Of a stretch of 64,000 nucleotides of DNA, positions 1 to 9,804 are shown one piece after another (position 1 is the first letter of the stretch; the number at the start of each line of letters is the position of its first letter). The position numbers and the translations under genes were made by a program. The DNA is taken from NCBI GenBank assembly GCA_964636435.1, contig CAZWRS010000001.1:11345-75344 (forward strand). The letters are read 5' to 3'. The DNA comes from an uncultured Candidatus Saccharibacteria bacterium (GTDB lineage: Bacteria; Patescibacteriota; Saccharimonadia; Saccharimonadales; JAGQNK01). The notes below the pieces were generated by a model. It made no database searches, was not told the origin of the DNA, and saw only the letters and a program-made list of their open reading frames with translations.

Positions 1-5
1 GTACA

Positions 6-35
6 TTGCTATAGAGTTTAGCACATATGTATAAT
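6..35 (+). promoter_or_regulatory. Candidate sigma-70-type promoter
   Basis: TTGCTA (6-11), 18 nt spacer, TATAAT (30-35), lying 8 nt upstream of the ATG at 44. Confidence 0.3.
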
Positions 36-43
36 CATGTAAT

Positions 44-220
44 ATGCCTGAATTCCCAGCCAGCACACCCCACCAACCAGAAGACCACGATCCGCTTGCG
101 GTGCCTGTGGGCGTATGGGCCGGAGCTGATGCTATCCCGGCCGATGGCTGGCCAGCCCAGGCTGACCCAGCGACAATAAAACGCATCCTAAGCTACGCAC
201 AAGAAGAGACAGAACAATAA
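44..220 (+). CDS. Small hypothetical ORF (58 aa, acidic, Pro/Ala-rich)
   Basis: ATG at 44 to TAA at 218-220. It is below the ORF-track length cutoff, its GC resembles neighbouring genes, and no motif was recognised. Confidence 0.25.
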   Translation: MPEFPASTPHQPEDHDPLAVPVGVWAGADAIPADGWPAQADPATIKRILSYAQEETEQ

Positions 221-224
221 CGAC

Positions 225-1022
225 ATGAAAATATACTCTTGGAACGTGAACGGTATCCGCGCCGTGGTGCGAAAAGGTGAGTTTCAGAAGTTTATCGCCG
301 AGCATGATCCTGACATCCTGTGCCTCCAGGAAACCAAAGCGGAGCAGGGACAGGCTGAAATCGATCTGCCGCAGTACGAGGAGTACTGGAACTCATCACG
401 AACCCGCAAAGGTTACAGTGGTACCGCCATCTTCACTAAACCCAAGCCAATCGCCATCATAAACGATATCCCTGAAGCCTTCGTGAAGGCCGGCGGTCTG
501 GTGCTCGACAACTACGGCCACAGCAACGACGAGGGCCGGGTAATCGCTGCCGAGTATGACAACTTCTATGTCGTGACAGCCTACACGCCGAACGCCAAAG
601 ATGACCTGACGCGCATTCCGCTCCGACAGCAATGGGACAAGGCGATGATCGCCTACTGCGCCGACCTGCAGCAGAAAAAGCCCGTCATCTACTGCGGCGA
701 TATGAATGTCGCCCACACTGAAGATGATCTAGCTAATCCAGGACCGAATAAAGGTAAGAAAGGGTTCACCGAAGAAGAGCGGTCGGGCTTCGACAACTGG
801 CTGGCTGCTGGTTTCGTTGACACCTTCCGGATGTTCTACCAGGGCAATGGTTACTACACCTGGTGGAGCCACTTCGCCAAAAGTCGCGAACGTAACGTTG
901 GCTGGCGTATTGATTACTTCCTGGTGTCCGAATCGTTGAAAGACAGCGTTAAGTCAGCTGAGATCCACCCGGACCAAATGGGCTCTGACCACTGCCCAGT
1001 CAGCATCGAACTTGTTGTATAA
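225..1022 (+). CDS. xth: Exodeoxyribonuclease III / AP endonuclease (EEP family)
   Basis: MKIYSWNVNGIRA, LCLQETK, GDMNVAH, WRIDYF and SDHCPV motifs typical of ExoIII. Confidence 0.93.
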   Translation: MKIYSWNVNGIRAVVRKGEFQKFIAEHDPDILCLQETKAEQGQAEIDLPQYEEYWNSSRTRKGYSGTAIFTKPKPIAIINDIPEAFVKAGGLVLDNYGHSNDEGRVIAAEYDNFYVVTAYTPNAKDDLTRIPLRQQWDKAMIAYCADLQQKKPVIYCGDMNVAHTEDDLANPGPNKGKKGFTEEERSGFDNWLAAGFVDTFRMFYQGNGYYTWWSHFAKSRERNVGWRIDYFLVSESLKDSVKSAEIHPDQMGSDHCPVSIELVV

Positions 1023-1061
1023 ATTAAACAATGAGCGTATTCTCTGTGCTAGGAGAATAAA

Positions 1062-1718
1062 ATGCCAAAAAGAAAAACTAGTCCAAAGAAAGCTGCGTTT
1101 GCCAAGAATAGGGTCATCTATACAATCGTCGGGGTAGTGCTGCTCGCGGCCCTCGCCGCACAAATGTGGTTCAATCTGTTCATGTGGGACACCGCACAAA
1201 AACAAGCTGCTTTTCAAATGCGCTCCCTCCTCGTAGATTCGATACGGGGCATCGACAACATGCGTAGGATGCCACAAGATAATCGCATTCCCGAAGCACG
1301 CCTGTTATTACCGAAAGAAAATGCTGAGGTCGGACCCATCCGCTATCACTACAATGATTTCTACGAAGATGAACCGGTAACACTCAACGTCTCCAGTAAT
1401 AGCCTCGTTACCGCCGGTATCGGAATGATCAACACCAACGCAGAGAACATGGAGCGATTATTTGGCAATGTCGTCAAGAGTCAGGCCTGTGTTACAGGTT
1501 TTACCATCGCGTTTGACGAAAAATATGTAGGCGAACAGGGCGACGAAAACACTACAGGGGAATACTTAGCCGGTACCAAGCAGTTGGCAGACGGTCGAAC
1601 TATGTACCTCTGGCGGCAAAATAAATGTGGCAGCAGTGATTCTGACTCTAGCGACCACGCAACCCGCCAACTGATGAATGATCACGAAAAATACTTGCTG
1701 CAAATCGAGAGCTACTAA
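1062..1718 (+). CDS. Hypothetical membrane-anchored protein
   Basis: Basic N-terminus followed by one TM (VIYTIVGVVLLAALAAQMWF). AGGAG lies upstream of the ATG. No domain recognised. Confidence 0.6.
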   Translation: MPKRKTSPKKAAFAKNRVIYTIVGVVLLAALAAQMWFNLFMWDTAQKQAAFQMRSLLVDSIRGIDNMRRMPQDNRIPEARLLLPKENAEVGPIRYHYNDFYEDEPVTLNVSSNSLVTAGIGMINTNAENMERLFGNVVKSQACVTGFTIAFDEKYVGEQGDENTTGEYLAGTKQLADGRTMYLWRQNKCGSSDSDSSDHATRQLMNDHEKYLLQIESY

Positions 1719-1778
1719 AGACAATGCTTTGTGTCTGTGTATAGACGCTACATATAGCGCTTCTGATACACTTGCACT

Positions 1779-2492
1779 ATGAACAAATTTGCGGTTTTCG
1801 ATATCGACGGGACGCTCATTCGCTGGCAGCTGTATCACGTGATTGTTAATAAGCTCGCCAAAGCCGGAGCACTTGGACCGGAGGCGCAGGCCACGCTCAA
1901 AGCCGCAATGATGGCCTGGAAGCGCCGTGAAGACCAGAACTCCTTCAAGCAGTACGAAAGGAAGCTCATTGCACTGTACGAAGAAGCGCTGCAAAACATT
2001 AGCACGGAGCTTTTTGACCAGCTCGTGAGCGAGGTCATAGGAGAGTACAAAGACCAGTCCTATGTATACACCCGCGATTTACTGCAGCGACTGAAAAAAG
2101 ATGATTACAAATTATTCATCATCTCCGGCTCGCACCTGGAGCTGATCGAGCAAGTCGGTAAACACTACGGCTTTGATGACTGGATCGGCACGCATTATGA
2201 GCGGGCCGAACATACCTTTACCGGCCAAGTCACCATTTCAACACTCAAAAAAGACCAATCGCTTAAGCTACTGCTCGAGCGCAATGATGTCACCGTAGAG
2301 GGTAGTGTCGGCGTCGGCGATACCAAGAGCGACATACCGATGCTGGAAATGGTCGAGCAGCCGATTGCATTCAATCCGGACAGGGACCTCTTCACCGCTG
2401 CCCGGCAAAACGGCTGGAAAATCGTTGTCGAACGTAAAAACGTTATCTATGAACTGGAGCCGAGCAATGGGCAGTACCGACTACTGGCGTAG
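1779..2492 (+). CDS. HAD-IB family hydrolase (phosphoserine-phosphatase-like)
   Basis: HAD motif I FDIDGTL, motif II ISGS, motif III/IV K...GDTKSDIPM. Confidence 0.85.
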   Translation: MNKFAVFDIDGTLIRWQLYHVIVNKLAKAGALGPEAQATLKAAMMAWKRREDQNSFKQYERKLIALYEEALQNISTELFDQLVSEVIGEYKDQSYVYTRDLLQRLKKDDYKLFIISGSHLELIEQVGKHYGFDDWIGTHYERAEHTFTGQVTISTLKKDQSLKLLLERNDVTVEGSVGVGDTKSDIPMLEMVEQPIAFNPDRDLFTAARQNGWKIVVERKNVIYELEPSNGQYRLLA

Positions 2493-3291
2493 ACAAACGC
2501 CAGGTGAACCGCTGTTTCCGGACGTGCTCTGGAGCAGGCCAGAACAAAAGACTACCGCCGGCAAGCTACTGGTGATCGGCGGCAACCTCCACGCCTTTGC
2601 CGCACCCGCCGAAGCTTACAGTGAAGCCGAAAAAGCCGGTGTCGGCACGGTCCGCGTCATCCTACCCGATGCCACCAAAAAGATAGTCGGCCGCATCATG
2701 GAGCACGTCGAGTACGCCCCGAGTACACCGAGCGGCAGCTTCAGTCAGCCAGCGCTGGCTGAGCTGCTTGATACAGCCAGGTGGTCGGACGGCGTGCTGT
2801 TTGCTGGTGATCTGGGGCGCAATTCCGAAACCGCCATCTTGCTGGAAAAATTTGCCAGCAAATACTCCGGTCAGTTGACACTCGCTAAAGACGCTGCCGA
2901 CTACGTCGTGTCATCACCGGAAATAATCCGGGGCAGGGAGAACACGCTGCTCGTACTGAGCTTTGCACAGCTACAGAAGCTGGCGACCGCTGTTGGCTTC
3001 GATAAGCCGTTCACGTTTGACATGGACCTGCTACGCCTCGTCGAAGGCTTTCACGCCTTCACGGACATGTTTACTAGTCACCTCATCGTCAAACACCTCG
3101 ATCAAATCCACTGCGCCGTCAACGGCCAAGTCGTGAGCACCCGCCTAGAGCAAGATGTTGATATATGGCGGGTAAAAACAGCTACTCACGCGGCAGTCTG
3201 GTGGCTCCAAAACCCCGGCAGGCCGCTGGAGTCATTTGCCACCTCCCACGTAAATACTATCTCGTCACTAGATAAGAAGGGTCGTTGTTGA
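2467..3291 (+). CDS. YjeF C-terminal-like (carbohydrate-kinase fold) protein, degenerate
   Basis: GKLLVIGGNLHAFAAPAEAYSEAEKAGVG and DGVLFAGDLGRN resemble NAD(P)HX-dehydratase family motifs. Start placed at ATG 2467 (GGAG 11 nt upstream); the ORF-track start at 2305 overlaps the HAD gene. Last codons lie in direct-repeat copy 1. Confidence 0.5.
   Translation: MGSTDYWRRQTPGEPLFPDVLWSRPEQKTTAGKLLVIGGNLHAFAAPAEAYSEAEKAGVGTVRVILPDATKKIVGRIMEHVEYAPSTPSGSFSQPALAELLDTARWSDGVLFAGDLGRNSETAILLEKFASKYSGQLTLAKDAADYVVSSPEIIRGRENTLLVLSFAQLQKLATAVGFDKPFTFDMDLLRLVEGFHAFTDMFTSHLIVKHLDQIHCAVNGQVVSTRLEQDVDIWRVKTATHAAVWWLQNPGRPLESFATSHVNTISSLDKKGRC
3204..3246. repeat. Direct repeat copy 1 (43 bp)
   Basis: GCTCCAAAACCCCGGCAGGCCGCTGGAG is identical to 3910-3937, and the next 15 nt match at 11/15. 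Confidence 0.9.
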
Positions 3292-3838
3292 CATCATCGT
3301 ATAAGACTACCAGCTCTTTGAGGTCTTTTTCGTATAGGCCACTCGTCTGGATGGTCACTGGCCTTTTGAAATAGCACGGCTCTACGATGCCTACGCCCGG
3401 AACTTTTTCACATTCTATTTTTTCCTCCAGCACAAAGCGCAACACAATCAGTTTGTCACCGTTTCTGGCTTTTATGTCTATTCTCGAGATCTCTGAATTA
3501 CTACTTCCTCCGAGGCTGTCGAACTCATCGCTGATCGTATAACCTTGTTTTATTAAATTTTTCGTAACCTCATCGTACACGTCACCCAACGTCCCGCTTA
3601 CCATGAAGGTAGTCCGCGCAGGTGAGCTCGAGCCAGTTAGAATATCTCCGTTAGGCCTTGCCGAAGCTTTAGTCTCTTGGTCACTCAATATAACTAGGCT
3701 ATTTAAGTATTTTTCATTTTGCCGAGCTTCGAGCATCAGGTCTATCTGCAGCACATCATATATCCATAAAATTACCAGTACAAAAAATGCTACTAGCAAA
3801 CACACTGCGATGGTACGTTTTGTTTTGAAACTTAACAT
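3257..3838 (-). CDS. Hypothetical membrane-anchored protein on a low-GC insert
   Basis: 193 aa with an N-terminal TM (IAVCLLVAFFVLVILWIY). Hand counts of three 60-nt lines give 33-43% GC, against 57-70% in the upstream gene. The gene lies between the 43-bp direct repeats. Confidence 0.6.
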   Translation of the reverse strand: MLSFKTKRTIAVCLLVAFFVLVILWIYDVLQIDLMLEARQNEKYLNSLVILSDQETKASARPNGDILTGSSSPARTTFMVSGTLGDVYDEVTKNLIKQGYTISDEFDSLGGSSNSEISRIDIKARNGDKLIVLRFVLEEKIECEKVPGVGIVEPCYFKRPVTIQTSGLYEKDLKELVVLYDDVNNDPSYLVTR

Positions 3839-3909
3839 AATGCTTATGTTAACACATTAGCGACTAGCAGACGCCGTATCACCTCGAGGCATTGTGGCTT
3901 GTAATTGAT

Positions 3910-3952
3910 GCTCCAAAACCCCGGCAGGCCGCTGGAGCCACTTGCCACTTCT
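3910..3952. repeat. Direct repeat copy 2 (43 bp)
   Basis: Matches 3204-3246 and retains the same peptide frame (LQNPGRPLEPLATSL versus LQNPGRPLESFATSH). Confidence 0.9.
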
Positions 3953-4030
3953 TTGATTTCATATGACAGAAAATTCGTGACACCACGCTTAAAACCCATA
4001 CCACAACCCAATTGGATGAGGTTGTTATAT

Positions 4031-4118
4031 TGGTGCCGGAGGAGGGACTCGAACCCTCAAGCCGTAAAGGCATGCGATTTTGAGTCGCACGCGTATACCA
4101 ATTCCGCCACTCCGGCAC
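4031..4118 (-). tRNA. tRNA-Leu (anticodon CAA), CCA encoded
   Basis: The reverse complement folds as a cloverleaf: acceptor GTGCCGG/CCGGCAC, anticodon arm TGCGA-CTCAAAA-TCGCA, long variable arm, T-arm GAGGG-TTCGAGT-CCCTC, and terminal ACCA. Confidence 0.93.
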
Positions 4119-4260
4119 GGAGTAATTGACCGGGATATTGTACTATATTTTACCGTTCTCCTCCAGAGGAGAGGAGAGCAATTTCCATAAATGAACTAAC
4201 CCGCAGCCAAGCAGTGGGCTTATCAGGTATAATTAACCTGTTAGCGTAAGTTTATTGCCT

Positions 4261-5487
4261 ATGAACGACGATCATCCAAACTACCCAGATCTGAAGCGGA
4301 CCAAGAAAGTTATTGAGCCGCTACCTGGACAGACCGGTGGCCAAGAGCCGAATCCGGCGGTTGAGATGATTCGCAGCAAGATTGACGCGCTGTATGGCGA
4401 TGAGCCGGAAAAAAATACCGATACTCCTCCCAGCAACCAGCCAGCAGCTCCCCAGGCCACGAAGTCCAAGCACCAGCAGTACATGGATGAGCTCAGTAAC
4501 TCTGGGAAATCTTTGGCGGAAATCCAAGCTGCCTGGCACCAGTACTACGTCGACCTACCGAACCACGAAAAACATGAGGTCTGGCAGGAATTCTACGCCG
4601 AGCATCCCCGTCAAGATGACGAAGTTAAAAAAGCCCGGGTCCACCCGCAGCAACAAACAGAGCCGACTCAGACAGAACGGACTGCCAGCAAAGTAGACAA
4701 GCCCCAAGACCTGCGGTCTCTGTCTGAGATAAAGAGCCAGATCGTCAGCAAAGCCCGCGCCCGCTCAAAGCCCAAGAACCCGCACTTACAATCGCTGCTC
4801 TTTGGCCTCAGCATGGGCGCAGTCGTGGTGGTCATCATGCTGTTTGGCTTCTTCAATGAGCGCATCATTGCGCCGTTCATCACGCCGAGCCGCACCGTCA
4901 GCAGTACGCCAATCATCACCGATCCGAACTCGACCGCCGTCGGTAAAGACCCCAAAATCATCATCCCGAAGATCAATGTCGAAATCCCCGTCGTTTATGA
5001 TGAGCCATCCATTCAAGAGGACGCCGTCCAAAAGGCGCTGGAGCGCGGTGTGCTGCACTACGCCACCACGCCCAACCCGGGAGAGAAGGGCAATGCCGTT
5101 ATCTTCGGCCACTCCAGCAACAATATCTTAAACAGAGGTAAGTACAAATTTGCCTTTGTTCTGTTGTCTCGTCTCGAGGACGGTGATACGTTCATGCTCG
5201 AAAAGGATGGGCAGCGCTACGTCTATAAGGTCTTCCACAAAGAAGTCGTCGCGCCAACTGATCTGTCGGTCCTGGAAAATCACGGCGACAAATCTACCGT
5301 CACGCTCATCACCTGCGACCCACCGGGCACCACCATCAACCGCTTGGTAGTCGTGGGCGAACAAATCAGCCCGAGCCCGGCGAACAATGTCGCAAGCTCA
5401 GTGAGCAGGGATATGGCCAGTCGCACGCCGACCCAACTACCGAGCAATTCGCCCAGCCTCTGGTCCCGGATGACCAACTGGTTCTAG
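4261..5487 (+). CDS. Sortase family transpeptidase with long disordered N-terminal tail
   Basis: TLITCDP (TLxTC catalytic Cys), IFGHSSN (His) and NRLVVVGE (Arg). About 190 aa of Pro/Gln-rich sequence precede one TM. The ORF opens with TTG at 4255 and the first ATG is at 4261. Confidence 0.85.
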   Translation: MNDDHPNYPDLKRTKKVIEPLPGQTGGQEPNPAVEMIRSKIDALYGDEPEKNTDTPPSNQPAAPQATKSKHQQYMDELSNSGKSLAEIQAAWHQYYVDLPNHEKHEVWQEFYAEHPRQDDEVKKARVHPQQQTEPTQTERTASKVDKPQDLRSLSEIKSQIVSKARARSKPKNPHLQSLLFGLSMGAVVVVIMLFGFFNERIIAPFITPSRTVSSTPIITDPNSTAVGKDPKIIIPKINVEIPVVYDEPSIQEDAVQKALERGVLHYATTPNPGEKGNAVIFGHSSNNILNRGKYKFAFVLLSRLEDGDTFMLEKDGQRYVYKVFHKEVVAPTDLSVLENHGDKSTVTLITCDPPGTTINRLVVVGEQISPSPANNVASSVSRDMASRTPTQLPSNSPSLWSRMTNWF

Positions 5488-5603
5488 CTTTAATACACCC
5501 TGCTGAACTTTCGGCCTATCCTCGTCAACCAGAAAGCAATTAAGTTGCCCCTACGTCCGGAGAGCTGTGGTACAAAGAGTTCTACTGCTGTATACAAGAG
5601 TGC

Positions 5604-6659
5604 CTACATCGATGCAGCCATACGAAGCAGCTGATCGCTGCTCAAGGCTGAGTTGCCTTCGATCTGATACCACACGCCGCCATCTACCCAGGTGGCGCTA
5701 TTATCGTCATAGATATAAATCGTCTTGCCGCTGTTTTGGAAGGTCTGGTACGTCTTCTGGGCTGCTGCTAAGAAGTTTTCCTGCAATGCCTCACTGTTCC
5801 ACTGGGTAGCAGACTGGCTGACCTTGAACTGCCGATCATCAGACCGCGACGCATAATTCAGCACGATCTGACCGCTCTGGTACTGAATCGGCCCTGCCAG
5901 GCCAAAGCCCGACGGCTGATACCCTGGCAAAGTACCGTTTACGCCTGCCCGGGCGGTAGCCAGCTGCATGCTCAGATTGGGAATGTTCTGGTAGGCCACG
6001 AAACCGGTCAGCAGCATGATTGCCAGGCTCGCAGCTGCGATGTTGATGGTCCGATTACTGACCTTGAGCTTGCGTGACAACCGCTGGCGCCGCGTCGTCT
6101 TCTTGGCCTTGGGCTGCTTGTGGCTCGTCGCCTCATCGAGTGCTGTCTGGATGGCTTTTTGGTGTACCGAGGTGCGCTTGGCGATATCTGCTTTGCCGTG
6201 GGTCTTTAGTGCGGGCGGTTCCGCCGGTGCTGACTTGACAGGCAGGGCAGCGGTGACGGGGCGGACGGCTTTTTGTGATCCGCCAAATTTGCTAACCAGC
6301 GGACTTTTACGAACTGATTTAGCCCGCGTTATCCGCTTGGGATCTATATCGACATGAACCGAGGGCCGGGCTTTTCGAACCGTCGGCGCAGCTGCTTTCG
6401 GCTTCGATGCCACCGGCTTTTTCACGACATTGCGCATCAGGGTCTTGGACTTTTCGGTTTTGCGGTGCACGGCAGTCGCAGTCGTGCGGCTACGAGGCGC
6501 GGCTTTGGGGCGACGGGAAAAGCCATCGATACTACCACCGGCCTTGGCGGCCACTGGCTTCGAGCCCGGCTTTACGACCGTTGGACCGGTAACTACTTTG
6601 CCGGTTCTGGCATCATAACGTTTTCCATTCAATTCAATTGTATTCGACTTGGGTCTCAT
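5604..6659 (-). CDS. Membrane-anchored protein with DUF4367-like C-terminal domain
   Basis: Basic, disordered 200-aa N-terminus, one TM (INIAAASLAIMLLTGFVAY), and a C-terminal segment (GYQPSGF...IVLNY...ATWVDGGVWYQIEG...SSDQLLRMAASM) resembling DUF4367 from memory. Confidence 0.6.
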   Translation of the reverse strand: MRPKSNTIELNGKRYDARTGKVVTGPTVVKPGSKPVAAKAGGSIDGFSRRPKAAPRSRTTATAVHRKTEKSKTLMRNVVKKPVASKPKAAAPTVRKARPSVHVDIDPKRITRAKSVRKSPLVSKFGGSQKAVRPVTAALPVKSAPAEPPALKTHGKADIAKRTSVHQKAIQTALDEATSHKQPKAKKTTRRQRLSRKLKVSNRTINIAAASLAIMLLTGFVAYQNIPNLSMQLATARAGVNGTLPGYQPSGFGLAGPIQYQSGQIVLNYASRSDDRQFKVSQSATQWNSEALQENFLAAAQKTYQTFQNSGKTIYIYDDNSATWVDGGVWYQIEGNSALSSDQLLRMAASM

Positions 6660-6814
6660 TATGATTTTCGAATTTTACCCTCAAAAGTTTGTTCAAAAAG
6701 CTTCTGTTAAATATCTTACTCGCAGTCGCGAGACGATGCAATAGCGATCCATGAACCTATTTAGTATTCGCCTCCCGGGACCAGTGCGCTATACTTACAT
6801 ACGAGCAATTACTT

Positions 6815-8296
6815 ATGGATTTTCTCGACCCACGGAAAAAACGCGCCCACAAAATCAGGCTGTACATCGGCTATGCACTGATGGCCTGTGTACTGGTGAT
6901 CGGCAGCACCATTGTGTTCTTTGAGGCACGTGGCTTTGATATCGACCGCAAGACTGGCGAAATTATTCAAAACGGACTGGTTTTTGTAAATGCCCATCCG
7001 GAACCAGCGACCGTCTACGTAAACGGCAAGCGGGAGGGGCAGACGGATACACGGCTAACCATCCCGACCGGTGACTACACCTTCGAATTTACCCGTGACG
7101 GCTACCGGAACTGGCAGCGGTCGTTCCATCTGGACGGCAGCACGATAGAGCGGCTGGACTATGTATTCATGTTCCCCGAGCAGCTCGACACGGCAGCAAT
7201 TCGTAATTACAGCGCCCCACCACCTTTCGCCAGCCAGAGCCCTGATCGTAAGTGGCTGCTCGTTCAGCAGCCCGGGAATTTTCTCACGTTTGATGTTTTT
7301 GACCTCAGTAATCAGGATGATCCAGCGGTCACCTCCTTCACCTTGCCGGCCAGTCTTATGAACCGTACGGCCGGCGGCGACAAGCTGGAGCTGGTCGAGT
7401 GGTCAACCAACAATCGCCACGTGCTGGTGCGGCATACCTTCAAGGGCGGGAGTGAGTTCATCCTGATCGACCGACAGCAGCCGACCGAGAGCCTCAATCT
7501 CAACAGCCACTTCAACGTACCGATCCACAAAATTGCGCTGCGTGACAAGAAGTTCGATAAATTCCACATTCTGGACAAGCCAGGCGGTACCCTGCGCTTT
7601 GCCGACAGCAGGTCGAGGGAGGTCACTGACCTGGCAGAGCAGGTCTTTTCCTTTAAGTCATACAGCGATAATGTCATCTTTTACGTCACCGGTGCGAAAG
7701 CTGAAAAAGGCAAGGTTAACGTCAATATCAGGAGAGGTGATAAAACCTACACGGTACGCGAACTCACCGCCGGCGCGCGGTACCCAATCGATATCACACG
7801 CTATGACGACGAATGGTTCATGGCAGTCGGTAGCGACACTGACGCCAAGGCGTACGTGTACCACGAGGTCTTCCGTGATTTGGACCGCCAGCCTAGTCGC
7901 TCGCCAAGTCCGGTAGCAGTTTTCAGAGTCGATGATCTTGCCCATATCGCCGTGTCAGCCAACACCCGCTTCATCAGCGCTCAGGGCGGCAGCCGCTTCG
8001 CTGTCTACGATGCTGAGCATGATCGCCGCTACCAGTACGACACTAAATTAAAGTTTTCCGATGGCCAGAAAGCTACCTGGATGGATGGCCATCGCCTGAC
8101 GGCCGTCATAGATGGCAAGCTGCGCGCCTGGGATTACGACGGCATCAATATGCAGACGCTCGTCAGCGCTAACCCGGCCTATCTGCCGTTCTATGACCGG
8201 GATTACGACTTCCTCTACACCATTGCGCCGTCCAGTCAGGACAAAGCCGAGTCTACGCTTACCAAGACACCGATGCGTACGCCCGCCGACCTCTAG
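6815..8296 (+). CDS. PEGA-domain membrane protein with beta-propeller-like C-terminus
   Basis: N-terminal TM, PEGA-type segment PATVYVNGKREGQTDTRLTIPTGDYTFEFTRDGYRNW, then a long beta-rich region. Confidence 0.75.
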   Translation: MDFLDPRKKRAHKIRLYIGYALMACVLVIGSTIVFFEARGFDIDRKTGEIIQNGLVFVNAHPEPATVYVNGKREGQTDTRLTIPTGDYTFEFTRDGYRNWQRSFHLDGSTIERLDYVFMFPEQLDTAAIRNYSAPPPFASQSPDRKWLLVQQPGNFLTFDVFDLSNQDDPAVTSFTLPASLMNRTAGGDKLELVEWSTNNRHVLVRHTFKGGSEFILIDRQQPTESLNLNSHFNVPIHKIALRDKKFDKFHILDKPGGTLRFADSRSREVTDLAEQVFSFKSYSDNVIFYVTGAKAEKGKVNVNIRRGDKTYTVRELTAGARYPIDITRYDDEWFMAVGSDTDAKAYVYHEVFRDLDRQPSRSPSPVAVFRVDDLAHIAVSANTRFISAQGGSRFAVYDAEHDRRYQYDTKLKFSDGQKATWMDGHRLTAVIDGKLRAWDYDGINMQTLVSANPAYLPFYDRDYDFLYTIAPSSQDKAESTLTKTPMRTPADL

Positions 8297-8330
8297 TAAT
8301 CTCACCTCTGTTGTGCAATAATCCTTCACT

Positions 8331-9761
8331 ATGAACAAAGTTCGCACACGTTTTGCGCCCAGCCCAACCGGTTTCCTGCACGTCGGTGGCATCCGTACCG
8401 CACTATTCGCGTGGCTGGTTGCCCGGCAAAGTAGCGGGCAGTTTATCCTCCGGCTGGAAGACACTGACCAGAAACGGGAAGTGACCGGCTCTGCCGAACA
8501 CCTGGTTAAAAGCCTCCGAGCGCTCGGCCTGGATTATGACGAAGGCCCCGACATTGGTGGCGCCCATGGGCCGTATCGGCAATCTGAACGGCTCGACATA
8601 TACAGACAGTGGGCTCAAAAGCTCATCGAACAGGGCCGGGCGTACGCCGACCCCTACAGCCCGACAGAAGTCCAGCAGTTCCGGGAACAGGCCCAGAAAG
8701 AAAAGCAGCCATTTTTGTACCGTAACCATAGGCCAGATGCGCCACCGGCGTGGAATGGCAGTACGCCACTACGCTTTAAGTCGGACCCGAAGTCGTATCA
8801 GTGGCATGACGAAGTCATGGGCGAGCTGTCTACCGGCCCGGAAGTAATTGATGATTTTATCCTAATTAAGTCCGACGGCTTTCCAACCTATAACTTTGCC
8901 CACATCGTCGACGATGCCGAGATGGGTATCACGCATATTATCCGCGGCCAGGAGTTTATCGCCAGCATGCCGAATTACCTGAACCTCTACGAGGCACTGG
9001 GGCTCGATACCCCGGTTTTCGCCACCATGCCGCATATCTTAAATGAGCAGGGCAACAAGAAGCTGTCCAAGCGTGACGGCGCCAAAGACATTCTGGATTA
9101 CATTAGTGACGGCTATTTACCGGAAGCTCTGCGCAGCTTTATCGCGACGCTCGGCTGGAACGATGGTACGGAGCAGGAAATCTTCACGACTGATGAGCTG
9201 GTCCAGAAATTCAGCCTGGAGCGCGTCGGCAAAAGCGGCGCCCACTTTGACAAGCGCCGGCTCAACTGGGTCAATGGCCACTTTATCCGTGAAATGCCGC
9301 TGGACGAGCTGTACGAGCGCGTCACCGAGTACTGGCCACCAGAGGCACGTGACTACGATGATTCATACAAAAAACAAGTTCTCGGCCTCGTCCAGGAACG
9401 ACTGAAGTACTTCGCCGAATTGCCCGAGCTGACGATATTCTTTTTCAAGGACCTGCCGATGAACCCGGAACTCATCAGCGGCCACAAGCAGCTCAAGAAA
9501 ATCGCGTCCGAAGATCTAACAACGCTCCTGCAAGCAGTTGTCGCCGAGCTGGAGCCGAGCGACTTCAGTGTAGAAGATCTTACCAACCGGCTTAATGGGC
9601 TACTGACGCTCACCCATACCAAGCCAGCCGTACTATTCAGCCTCATCCGCATTGCCGCTACACAGGCGCCAGCCAGCCCCGGCCTGGCCGAAACCCTGCA
9701 CGTGCTTGGCAAGGAAACTTCCATGCAGCGCATCCAGAAACAGCTCGCCGCACTCAGCTAA
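8331..9761 (+). CDS. gltX: Glutamyl-tRNA synthetase
   Basis: RFAPSPTGFLHVGGIRTALF (HIGH-type motif), KLSKRDG (KMSKS-type motif), class I GluRS length. Confidence 0.95.
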   Translation: MNKVRTRFAPSPTGFLHVGGIRTALFAWLVARQSSGQFILRLEDTDQKREVTGSAEHLVKSLRALGLDYDEGPDIGGAHGPYRQSERLDIYRQWAQKLIEQGRAYADPYSPTEVQQFREQAQKEKQPFLYRNHRPDAPPAWNGSTPLRFKSDPKSYQWHDEVMGELSTGPEVIDDFILIKSDGFPTYNFAHIVDDAEMGITHIIRGQEFIASMPNYLNLYEALGLDTPVFATMPHILNEQGNKKLSKRDGAKDILDYISDGYLPEALRSFIATLGWNDGTEQEIFTTDELVQKFSLERVGKSGAHFDKRRLNWVNGHFIREMPLDELYERVTEYWPPEARDYDDSYKKQVLGLVQERLKYFAELPELTIFFFKDLPMNPELISGHKQLKKIASEDLTTLLQAVVAELEPSDFSVEDLTNRLNGLLTLTHTKPAVLFSLIRIAATQAPASPGLAETLHVLGKETSMQRIQKQLAALS

Positions 9762-9804
9762 CCTGCGCAGGCATGAGCATCATGCGTGATACAATAATCC
9801 TGTC

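Noticed and set aside
2305-2466. N-terminal extensions of ORF-track models (2305, 12340, 13406, 18915, 23304, 32325, 33589, 58815, 59968)
   Set aside because: The extensions overlap the preceding gene in another frame and lack family motifs. Internal starts with an SD, an ATGA/TGATG junction or -10 context give proteins that begin at the conserved N-termini.
3204-3952. The 43-bp repeat pair as a DGR template/variable repeat
   Set aside because: The repeats are too short, the mismatches are T/C transitions rather than adenine-specific, and no reverse transcriptase is in the window.
3879-4129. ORFs 3879-4118 (minus) and 3905-4129 (plus)
   Set aside because: They overlap tRNA-Leu and direct-repeat copy 2. 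The + strand ORF only echoes the duplicated gene end.
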